Of a stretch of 64,000 bases of DNA, positions 22,890 through 34,500 are shown piece by piece. The stretch spans positions 8,804,001 through 8,868,000 of the forward strand of contig NC_059438.1 in assembly GCF_021028975.2 (NCBI RefSeq). Direction: 5' to 3'. This DNA is from Sphaerodactylus townsendi (lineage: Eukaryota). The first letter of the stretch is position 1. Each line of letters begins with the position of its first letter. The notes beneath the pieces were generated by a model that had not been told where the DNA came from, ran no database searches, and saw only the letters and a list, made by a program, of their open reading frames with translations. A program made the position numbers and the translations under genes.

Positions 22890-24614
22890 GTGGGCCGCTT
22901 CCACCCTGTGCCTGTGCTTGCTTATCCGGGTGCGGGGCTGGGGCGGGGATCGGGTCCCTTGAACTCGAGAAGTCCAATGCATGAGCAAGACCCGTTTCCC
23001 CGTCCTCAAGACTGTAGAGTGCGTGTTGGGATTACATATCCCATTAATCTTTGGGAGTGGACTTCCTTGAGTAATAAATAGGAACGCCTAAAACTGAGCT
23101 CATTCAGCTGTACGAAATGTTATTTTTAGAGCCAAGAGGTCCATAGTACGCTGATCTTGCAGGTCTGTGGTTTCCTTTGGATGCATTAGCTCACTGAAAC
23201 TTGTGCCATTCTGTGAGCCCAGTTGTATGGCTGTGTATATGATTAATATTTAAATGTTGGATCATTGGAGATATTTTCTTCTGTTTTATCTGTTTGATTA
23301 TTGTGCAGTACATTCCAGACAGATGTCCTGCTATGCCTGTGTGGCTCATGTAGGTCCATGCAGGAGCTTTACCTTAGTGGCAGCACTGAAATATCTTCCT
23401 CCTCTTTCCCTTCAGAGATGTGGTATGGCGTCTTCCTCTGGGCTCTGGTGTCATCCCTCCTTTTCCACATCCCCGCAGGATTGCTGGCCCTCTACACCCT
23501 TCGGCGGCACAGATATGGCAAGTTCATGTCAGTGACCATCCTGCTGATGGGCATCGTGGGACCGATAACTGCTGGCATGTTAACTAGTAAGTTGACTATT
23601 CAAAATATTAGTCAGCCCCCAGCTGTAATTGTGGTGATCTTCTTACCCCTGTGGGATGCAAGTGGGATAGGCAACTTTCTGCACACATCTGGTAAAGGTG
23701 ATAGGCTGTCTTCAACACCCAGCTGCAGGTGCACAGAGACTTTTGGCAATAAATAACAGACGTCTTTAACCTGTGTTTGTCTCTACCATGTCAAGGGAGG
23801 CATTTATAGGGGAGCAACAACAGGCAGTAGACGAAGATAGATGATCCATGGGGTGATTTCACATCATGACATTTATTAGGCAAATTTTGTTTATGGGGTG
23901 GCTTGCCATTGCCTCCCCCAGTAGTCTACACTTTACTCCCAGCATGCCGGGTACTTATTTTACCAACCTCAGAAGGATGGAAGGCTGATACAACCTTGAG
24001 TCAGCTAACCGAAACCAACTTCCCATCAGGACAGAACTCAGGTCATGAATACAACTTTGAATGCAGTACAGCAGTTTACCAATCTGTATCACAGGGCTGC
24101 TAAGCAGGCAGTAGGGGGGTGCTTAATCCTTATCATGTCTTCTGCTTGACTTTTGTAGTCCTCCCCCTGCTCATAGGCTGCTTTTCCCGCAGCCTCACAT
24201 CCAAGTACTAACCAGGACCAAACCTGACTAACTACCAAGGTCTGATGAGATTGGGCTATCTTGGGCCATTGAGGTCAGGGCAATCAGCTCCTTTTTCACC
24301 ACTGTCAAAAGTGTTAAACTGGATAGGCTCTCATTCTGACCCAGCGTTCTAGTTTTATGAACCAAAACGTCAGCGGAATATGATAGGTAGACATCATCTT
24401 TGTTGCTGTTGTGTGGCAATGGAAAGACAATGAGAAAGAGCAACCAGGCTGTATCCAATGCATTCTCTCCCCCACCTTTACAGGTGCTGCAATTGCTGGC
24501 GTTTACAGAGCTGCTGGGAAGGAGATGGTCCCCTTCATGGCCCTGACATTAGGTGTGGGGCAGTCCTGCTGCGTGGTGATAATTTCCTTCTCGCGGATTT
24601 TAGCCACACTTTAG
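22736..24614 (+). CDS. TMEM170A: Transmembrane protein 170A (ER/nuclear-envelope membrane protein), 3 coding exons
   Basis: Exons 22736-22889, 23416-23586, 24484-24614, GT-AG. Contains EMWYGVFLWALVSSLLFHIPAGLLALYTLRRHRYGKFMSV...SAAIAGVYRAAGKEMVPF...SFSRILATL*. Start codon uncertain (see findings). Confidence 0.95.
23416..23586 (+). CDS. TMEM170A: TMEM170A exon 2
   Basis: EMWYGVFLWALVSS...GPITAGMLT; polypyrimidine tract + AG, donor GTAAGT. Confidence 0.96.
24484..24614 (+). CDS. TMEM170A: TMEM170A exon 3
   Basis: AAIAGVYRAAGKEMVPFMALTLGVGQ...SRILATL*. Confidence 0.96.
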
Positions 24615-27293
24615 CAGTGCCTTGGAAATGGAGACGGATGTGGACTGAGCACTGTCAAGCAAGGATGCTGTTTGCTGAAGAAGTTGGAAGGCACCGTCTG
24701 CAAGGAAGCACTCCTGCTGAAGCCGTCGGGAGTTGTACATAGGCTATGCTGCATGCTCTGGCATGGCTGCCCTTTGTTTTGCTGAAGTGTGTGCCGGAGA
24801 ATTTCACTGTGGGTCTGCACCTTGTATTTGAGTGGGCCTCTTTTATTGCTGATCAAGCAAAACCCTCCATCACTGCAAAAGACTCTGTTTTATGGACCCA
24901 CTTTGGGAGATCCAAATGACATTTTAAGGCCATTGATGTGGTTCTGTCCTCTGGCCAGTCAGTGTGGTGGAGTGACTGTGTGTGCATGAATGGGTGACAA
25001 GGAGGAAATGTTTTTAAATCTTTCTGCAGCAGAAAGATGGGCTGGAAACTTTCACATCTGGCTCTGCTGTAAAACAAGCTTTCAGCCTGTTGTCTAAAAC
25101 TGGCTGAAATGGATGCTGGTTGTATGTTTTTATCAATTGCACTGTTTTTGTAACCTTAAGTGCCAAGCCGGGGGGTGGGGGTGGGGATCGCCTTTGTGGG
25201 GTGTGTTATCTGTGTGCATTCAATGAACAAATGTGAAGACGAGATTGTCTTATAGTAACTAAAAGTACCCTAGGCTGCTTGCTTCTGGGAAACTTTACTA
25301 CTGAACCGGATTGATGTAAGGGAGATGCACTTTAATGAACTCATGCCCCTTATGGGGAGAAATGTGAATTGAAAGTTCTGTGGGACACATCAAACTTCTT
25401 TTGGCCAGGAATGCTTCGGATTCCAGCTACTGTCTTAATGCAAGATTCTCTGTTGCTACCTCAAAAATGTGCAGCAGATTTAAAAGCGCTATTCTGCTGA
25501 AACGCGCAGGAAGGCTCTTCATTTCTTGTTTGCAAGGTGAACAGCAGAAGGACAAAATCCATTAAATGCTATGGAAACTGGTTCCCAAACCCCAGCACAC
25601 CCGCTGTCGTTAAGCTGTGAAATATTTTTAGCACTTGTTTTATGCAAGCAGTGTTGTGATAAGCTGTCATCTTACTCTCGTTTGTGTAAAAGTGTATTGG
25701 CTTGAATTTTAAGACGTTTGTACATGTTTGCTGTTTTGCTGTGCAGCTGGCAGTTGTATCTGCAAACTGGGCCTCACCCTGGGGGACCGTCGATGAATTC
25801 TGGATCCTTCAAGTGCCTGGGCGACTTGCCTCTTTGGCGACCAGTCTTAGGAACCTAACCAATCTGCCGTACATCCTAGTCTGTTGTACAACCTAACCAA
25901 TCCGTTGTACAAGATCATTTGATTGTTATCTGAGAATTCAGAACTGCTTCCTCTAAAGTTCTGGTGCGAGGAAGAATCTGAGGGGCCATGAATCCTACCT
26001 GGGTCCAGTATGTCTTTTCAAGCTCTGTGCTGATTCATTGTAAAGGAGGCTGTTCACAGGCCAATTGGGGATGTATGTGATATCAGCCTCATATGGTCTT
26101 GGAACATGTGTGTGGAGTTCCTTGGACAGAAGTGCCTCTCTGTGTCAATCTGTACATCCTTGCAGGGTAGTTTTGCAGTGGGGTGCTATAAAGTCCCCAT
26201 CTCCAATACGTCCTGATGTGAAGCTTCCATGAATATGTTCCGCAAACTTTTTTTTTAAAATCAACTTTCCCCTTTCTTGTATTTATCTCTTTATTATAGT
26301 CTTCATTGCCTGCTTTCCCAGTCCAGCTGCCCTTGAGGCTCCAGGGGCAAACTGATCTTGTTTTCCCTCTGTGTAGAGGTTTTAGACTTTGTAAATTGTG
26401 TAGTGTGAAACTACACAATAGCTGGCAGCAGGATAGGTGGTTAAGGAGGGCTGCCTTTTCCTATCGCGTCTCTGTAACAAATCAAGATTAGTCAATGAGG
26501 CTCTCTGATCATTGTGTGTCTTAAAGCAGGCTGAGCACTTTATAGCTACTGTGGGTGGCTCCTCCTTTCTCTGGATCTGAAAGGTATCACTGTTTTGTTC
26601 TTATCTGATTTATCTCCTTTCTGCTTGTCTCAGCTCCTTCAGTTTGAGTCTGTTTGTTTTGTAACTCATTGTTGATCCCCTAGTTGAAAACATTTCCCCG
26701 CTCTTTTCTGCCTGCCAAGATCAAATCTGTATTGCTTTGCTCCAAAAAGTTTGGATTGCAACCTTAGAGGACATAAGAGACTTTCCCTGTCATCAAAGGC
26801 CATAACTGGTATCTTATCTAGCAGAATAATAGTGTCCGTAAGCCTATAATGGCCAGGAAACTGTGGAAGGGGAGTGTTGAAACTCCGCAGTTTCTTTGTT
26901 TTCTCCGCTCTTCTCATCCTGATAGTAGGATGGGCTGCATCCTTACTTAAATGCCTATGAGATGTTGGCACTTACTAGAGGCTTTGGGATAAGCTTCTTG
27001 AACTGTGATGAAATGTTAAATTCCTCAAGGGATAACCGAAGAGAACAGCATGTGTCAAAAGTTATGATCTTTGTCTGTTTTAAAGAATGTCCTCCCAAGA
27101 TCTACCACTGTTGGTCCTCCTTGTCTATGCTGGAGAAAGCTTTTCTGAGCCATACTGTGGCTACAGCTGAAACATTGTCCTTTGCTAACCGCCGTGACGT
27201 GTGAACAAATCTTTCTACCAGAGGAAGAACAGTACTGCTAATATTTTTATTTTTCTACTGACATTTCTGATGTTATGTTTGATATATTTTACT

Positions 27294-27299
27294 AATAAA
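27294..27299 (+). terminator. Probable TMEM170A polyadenylation signal (implies ~2.7 kb 3' UTR)
   Basis: AATAAA at the end of a repeat-poor, U-rich stretch, followed by GT-rich sequence. Confidence 0.55.
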
Positions 27300-27420
27300 A
27301 TCCCCACTGATCCCTGTGAGCAAAAGTGGTGTGTCTTTAAGGTACACAGGGAATTCTGTCTGTAGGTCTCAAATGCTTTTAAATTCAAAATAAGCTGGAC
27401 TTTTCATGGTTCATCTAGGA

Positions 27421-27882
27421 CACTGGTGTCAAACTTGCGGCCCTCCAGATGTTATGGGCTAGAACAGGGGTGGCATAATGGGGGAGGGCGGTATAAAAAT
27501 GCAATAATAATAAATAACATCTGGAGTGCCAAAGGTTCGCCACCATGGGGCTAGAATATGTTATGGTACAGAATATCTGAAGAACCTTACATAGGACGTT
27601 CCTGCATAAATCAAACTCCCCCACTTTTCTAAAAAGCAGAAGGGGGGGGGCTGGCTCCTGGCAACCGCTCCTTGGTTGAACTGGCCTGGGCTGCCCCCCA
27701 AAACCCTGCCCCCCTCTTTCAAGAATAGAGGCCACACACAGCTGCTTTCTTGGTGTCAAACTCACAGCCCTCCAGATATTATGGACTTCAGTTTCCATCA
27801 TTCCCTGCAACCATCATGCTGGCAAGGGATGGTGGGAGCTGTAGTCCATAACATCTGGAGGGTTGCGAGTTTGACACCTGTG
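27421..27882. mobile_element. hAT MITE (CACAGGTGTCAAACT family), internally rearranged
   Basis: 8-bp TSD ATCTAGGA (27413-27420 / 27883-27890); another copy at ~30252-30396. Confidence 0.75.
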
Positions 27883-28434
27883 ATCTAGGACTCTGAATTC
27901 TACCTTGCAGTTTGATTTATGCAGGAACGTCCTATGTAAGGTTCTTCAGATATTCTGTGGGGAATTCCTATTGATACGTGGCTCACTTATTGTGGGTCAG
28001 TCAAGAAACGGGTGGAGATTTTTATTACAAGGCATTGATGTAGTGCTTTCTGTCCCTACAGCCTTGCTGGGCAAAGTATTTCAGGCCACACTGCCCCCCC
28101 CCTCCCCCTGGCAAAGGGATTCAGCTGCCGGGTGGAAGAGCAGTGCAGGTTCTGAAGTCTATATAACTGGTTTTCTAGAGCATGGAAGGGCCATGTTGAG
28201 AAGCAAAAAAGGCTAGGCTTGAACCAGGAAGAAACAGGCTAGAATTATGCTTCCCCAGTGGTTTTTTATTTGAGGATGACAGGAGATCTTGGGGAGAAGT
28301 GGGGATTTGTCCTAGATTCTCTAAACATACAGCAAGCAAAAGGGAAATTCAACTGTTGTTCTTTCAAACTGTGTTTTCTGCATTTGGCACACCTGCTGGT
28401 GGGTTCCTCTGCTGGGCTTCCCCTCGGTTTCTTT

Positions 28435-28548
28435 TTACCAAGCAACAAAATCTCCCTTCCAATTCAGAAATCGCCCACTGTGTTCTTCAGAGAGCTTGGA
28501 GAGTGTTTTGAGGATCCCACGAGCACTTTCTTCCACGGTCAGCTCCGC
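28435..28548 (-). CDS. SDR exon 6 (terminal)
   Basis: AELTVEESARGILKTLSKLSEEHSGRFLNWKGDFVAW*; minus-strand AATAAA at ~28021-28026. Confidence 0.93.
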   Translation of the reverse strand, partial: AELTVEESARGILKTLSKLSEEHSGRFLNWKGDFVAW

Positions 28549-31500
28549 CTGCATGGGTGGAACAAAATAGGTTTGAGTTTCTGCCAGGGGATTCAGGAGC
28601 CAGATGTGCTAAAATTATTGCCAGACACACTGGACTAGCTACAAGGGGCAGCTACAAAGGAAAGAGGTTCCAGACACTCCTATTGTTTATGTAGCCAGGA
28701 ACCAGGGAGCAAGACATTTAAGAAGGCTACAGAGACCAATGGTGAGTGTAGAAGAGAAACCCCAATCTCAAGAAAGGGGAAAATGCTGGTGGAGATGTTA
28801 TCTGTTTCCTATCTACTTTATAGGGCAGGGGTCTGCAACCTGCGACTCTCCAGATATTCATGGACTACAAGTCCCATCAGCCCTTGCCAGCATGGCCAAT
28901 TGGGAATTGTAGTCCATGAACATCTGGAGAGCCACAGGTTGCAGACCCCTGGTATAGGGTGATTGGGAGGTGAAGAAGACAGTTTCATGCATTGACTCAA
29001 AATATGCTGCCAAGTCTCTAGTCAGAGGTCAGCAATCCCTGGTTTCTTTTTCCTCCCCCTGTCTACTTGCCACACGTCAATCCAATGGAATCTCCCCAGT
29101 ATGGTTCCCATGGGTGTTATGGTACACATTAGTTATCATGGTGAAGCAACTCTTTGCTTTGACAAAGAGCCAAATGCTGGCTTGAAGCAGGAGGTACTTT
29201 GGGGAGAGCTCAGGAGACATCACCTGTGTGTCTGTAGGGAACACTCAATTTGGAAACAGCTGCCTCCACCATAGGAGAAAGCTTGGTTTGCAACTTTCTG
29301 ACCTTTTATGATTGGCTCCAGCTCCCCCCAGGGCAGCCATTCTTGCTCCTTGATTGTATAGGCTCAACAGAGCTGGGGACCTCATGGGGACCTCAAGCTT
29401 TTGTAGATGGTACCTTTTCCGTTCCCATATCTGTTTTCACCCAGCCGGGGTGGATTGCTGCACACAGGATTCCGTCCTCCTTGTATTCTAATGCCTGGCA
29501 CCGTGTAAGCATGTTCAACGCAGCCTGGAGTCAACCAGAAGAATTGTGGTTACTCAACGAACACTGATGAAGAAGAAGAGTTTGGATTTTTATCCCCACT
29601 TTCTCTCCTATTAGGAGACTCAAAGGGGCTGACTATCTCCTTTTCCTCCCCCCCCCCCCAACAAACACCCTGTGAGGTGGATGGGGCTGAGAGCTCTGAA
29701 GAACTGTGACTAGCTCACCCGGCTGGTGTGTGTTGGAGTGCACAACCTAATCTCATTCACTAGATAAGCTTCCACAGCTCAAATGGTAGAGCAGGAGATC
29801 AAGCCCAGAGATCAAACCCTCAAATGGTAGAGCAGGAGATCAAACCCAGGAGCAGCAGTGGCATAGGAGGTTAAGAGCTCGTGTATCTAATCTGGAGGAA
29901 CCGGGTTTGATTCCCAGCTCTGCCGCCTGAGCTGTGGAAGCTTATCTGGGGAATTCAGATTAGCCTGTACACTCCCACACACGCCAGCTGGGTGACTTTG
30001 GGCTAGTCACAGCTTCTCGGAGCTCTCTCAGCCCCACCTACCTCACAGGGTGTTTGTTGTGAGGGGGGAAGGGCAAGGAGATTGTAAGCCCCTTTGAGTC
30101 TCCTACAGGAGAGAAAGGGGGGATATAAATCCAAACTCTTCTTCTTCTTCTCCAGATGAGAGTGCTCCTGCTCTTAACCACTATGCCACTGCTGCTCCTA
30201 CAGTTGCAAAATTTCTATTACATAGTGGTGAGGATTGTTCTTTGGCTACGGCACAGGTGTCAAACTCGCGGCCCTCCAGATGTTATAGACTACAGTTCCC
30301 ATCATCCCCTGCCAGCTTGATACTGGCAGGAGATGATGGGAACTGTAGTCCATAACATCTGGAGGGCTGCGCGAAGTTATTACCTATGACACCTATAACG
30401 GGTTAGTAGAATCCTGCGGCTCAGATGTTTCAGGAACTCCAGATAAATTAGAACTCTATCAGAATCGGTCAGCATGGCCAATTGGCCATGCTGGTAGGGG
30501 CTGATGGGAATTGTAGTTCCTGAACATCTGGAGAGCCGCAGGTTCCCTACCCCTGTTATAAGGGAAGCAGCAAAAAAACCCTGTCTAGAAAGTAATCTAA
30601 AATATATTGTTGAAAGCTTTCACAGCCGGAACCACTACGGTAGGTTTTTCAGGTTGCCTGACTGTGTTCCAGTAGCATTTTCTCCTGACGTTTCACCTGC
30701 ATCTACGTCTGGCATCTTCAGAAGATCTGATCATGATGGTTGTAAAGGAAGTGAAGTATATGTACCCGTGGAAGGTCACCCAGCAAGCTTCCAAGGCCAA
30801 GCAGGGATTTGAACCCATGTCTCTCTAATCCTCGTCTGACACTCTAACACTATGTTGGGTTTCTATGCATCCTGGCCTGGAAACTGGACAGCAACTGAAA
30901 TGTTTACAAAATGAGTTTCTTGAAAACGTCATTGTATATGTCCAGTTGTTGTTTTTTTAAAGTGCCTTTCTACTTATATACCTGGGAGCTGGGAAGCAGG
31001 AGTAGATTTACTGCTCATCGAGTTACCTTCGCACAGCGGTAAGATATGACAGGAAAGGTGTTCATGCTGGGTGGGTTCCCCATAGAGCTGCCAATCGTCG
31101 ACGTGTTAATAATAGCTGCCTTACAGCAGCTGAATCCTTTCTCCTTGCTCTGTTTGGCAGCTGCCTTCACCAAGGGCAGGAATGCCTGCAGAAAAAAAAC
31201 AACAGAGTCACTTTCTGCCACCGTCTTTCCCTTGTCTGTGGGACGTGAATTCATGTTTATGTGGTGAACTGGCATTTAAATGAATGTACAGCCCACATAA
31301 ATCGGTTGGTACTTGGCTGGGAGAGCACAAAAGGAATACCAGGGTGCTCCAAATACTTGCTCGGGTCAAGGCTGAGAGGGAGTAACTGCCCAAAAGTCAC
31401 CCAGCAAGTTTCTGTGGCAGAGTGGAGATTTGACCCCTGGTTTCCCAGATTCTAGTCGGATACCTTAATCAAAACTCCACATTAGCCATCTCACTGCAGA

Positions 31501-34500
31501 ACACAGCATGACACGACGCTCTACCTTGGTCACCAGCATTGGCCCAACAAGGTCGGTGTTGTACACACTCAGCATGTCTTCTTTTGTCATTGACTCCAGA
31601 GTGCTTGGGGGCATGATGCCAGCATTGTTCATCAAAAGGTTGAGCCCCTTTCCAGCCAAGCGGGCCTCAACTTCCTTTGCAGCGGCCTTGATGGTCTCTT
31701 CATTGGTGAGTTCTAGCATGAGGATGTCAAAGAATTAGTCAGGAAAATTGCTTAAGTCCAATCCTAGAGAGGTTTTGTGAAGGGGTCTGGGTGGTCTGGC
31801 ATAAAATTTCTTGTTTGGTATTTACTGATTGAAAGACATGTATCATGCAGTTTTTCCCTCAATGAAAGCACTGAAGAAGTTTATAAAAATACATCGCATA
31901 TGAAATTAGAAACTATAAAAACATTGATCAAAGCGACAGTGTTGTAAACACTGTAGAGTAGCCAAGTAGTCTGTCATAGTATCTCTGTCCCTTCCAAAGT
32001 CTTGTATAAAAAGCTCTGCCTTAAACAAAACTACCTGAAGGCCACCAGAGAAAGCCATTCCAAAGGACGGAAAGCACCACTGATAAACCTGGAACCAGGC
32101 TGAGACAGTTCTCACCAACCTGCATGTTGATATGGTTAGCTGTTCAGATGCATCCAAGTGAATTTGGGTGCCTGCCCTGCATTAGACTACTTTATTGTGT
32201 GATTAGACTTTCTCTCCACTTTCATTCACCCCTTTGCTGCTGCCTCTGATTTTTAAAAGAGCTCATAGTAAAATGGGAAGCAAAAAGCACTTTCAGATTT
32301 GTGACCTGAGACTTCCTACTTAAGTGTCTCAATATCTGTCCATGAATCCGGCTACTCTTGCAATCCCTCCTTGAATGGATGCTGCTGCCTGCGCAGACCC
32401 AAAAAGTAAATAATACATTCTATTCAGTATTGACCATTTAAAGGATTCATCTGCCCAAAGGAAGACAAATGGAATATGATTCAGTATATTATATTTCAGT
32501 TTTTAATTACTTGAGTAACTGTGACCCCAGGGGATGCCTCTTTAACAAAAGAGATAATTTAGTTCTTGAACTAGGTTAATGCAGCCACAAGTTGCAACAA
32601 CCAAGAAGTACTGAGCAAGTCCAAAGCTGCTCAGCGCGGTCCTGTGCTTGAGACAAACCTTGCCAAGAACCATTGATGGAATCTGAGCAGGTGCTCACTT
32701 CTGATTCAGCAAGCGAGTTCAAACAAACTATGGTTCAAGCAAACATGGTGAGTGTCTGTGTGTCATGAAGTTCTCAGTGTGCCCAATTTTTCCTCAGCCA
32801 CATGGCTACAACATCCAGGCCATGACAGAGCTAATAGCTTCTGGCTTGACCCCATTAGATCCTGTTGTCTGAATCTCTGAAAACCTCTGTCCTCTGCAAA
32901 CTTACAGAGAGCCAACGCTCATGCAACTCAGTGGAAATGAAGCTTTTAGGTACTTTGTTTTTGAAACCAGTGTGGTTTACTTTAGGGGAGAGGCCGTGGC
33001 TTAGTGATAGAGCCTGTGCTTTGTACAGAGAAAGCCCTAGCTACAAAGCCTGATATTTCCCAGCTTCAGATCCTGATAGGGCTGGGTAGAACTCTACAGA
33101 ACTGCTGTCAATCAGAGTGTTTCTTTAGGTACAGTTTTCCCATTCACATCGCAACTTTCCCCAACATGGTTTTGATATATTGCAGGGCACATGATGGTTT
33201 TTAATGCCTAATAAAGGTCTTTGAATTGAATTGAATTGAATTGATATATCGCAGGTTGACATAAGAAATTGAATGGGAATTTTGGGGGAGTTTTGCTGAA
33301 ACAACAAATGACCTGAAAAGGTCAGCAGACGACCCAAAAAAGTTTAGATACTCATACGTTTAGAAATGCACACAATATATGTATAGTATTGTATAATGTA
33401 GCATAGTTTTTCTTTTAATACCATACATATACACGATTTCCTTTTTCAAGTTGAAATAAAAGAAAAAGGTCAGACTTCTCTGGTATGCAGGGAGGACCCA
33501 AAAATGTAATGCGGATTTCAATGCCCCTAACACCAGCAATGTGGGAGGGATAACCGTATTTCTTTATTTAGGTGCTTCATTTATCCCACCTTTTTTTCCC
33601 CATGAGGATCCAAAATTCTCCATTTTACCTTCTGTTAGGCTGAGAGCAGTGGTGAGATTCAGCAAGTTTGCACCACTTTGGCAGAATCGGTTGTTAAAAT
33701 GGTGCTTCTAAACAACCAGTTGTTACATTATTTGAATCCCACCACCAGTACCTGGTTAAAAAGCAGAGGTGGGATCCAGCAGAGTTCTCACAGGTTCCCC
33801 TCAGAGTAGGTTACTAATTATTTGTGTGTGTGTGCGAGGAGGGGTTACTAATCTGGTGATTTTGCCACGTGATTTTTGCCTTTAGTTACGCCCTCCTCTC
33901 CTCTAGCAGTGAAGCGCGCAGAACATGAAGCAGTCTAGCAGGAGGCTGCACTGGCGCTATGGCAGCCTGCACCTGCGTGCATTCGTTTCCTGCCCGAGGA
34001 CCGGCGCAGCGGCTGTATCCTTGCCACAGCCCCGCCCAGGAATGCTCCCCGCCTTCCAGGGAATGCCTGGCCATGCCCCCGTTGTGCCCGCCCGGGCCCC
34101 ACCCCATTGGCGCTATGCCACAGTTTAAATCCCACCACCATGGGAACCTGTTACTAAAATTTTTGGATCCCACCACTGATCGGTTGTTAAATTATTTGAA
34201 TCCCACCACTTGCTGAGAGTATATGACTGGGCTAAGGTCACCCAGCCAAACTTTGATGGCTGAATGGGATTCGAGCCTGTGGCTTTTGAATCACTACGCC
34301 ACACCGGCTTTCACTTAAGTAAACTGGAAGGGTGGAGGCAATTATGTATGCTGGCACAGCTTTTTAAACAAAAACCATTTCTTATGGAAGGAGGAACTGA
34401 ATTGCAGCTGCAGGCAGGACATAACAAGCAAAACTAATCGAACTCATGGAGACACGCTGTGGGAAAGGGGGGCAGCAAACAATATATGAAAAACTAGAAC

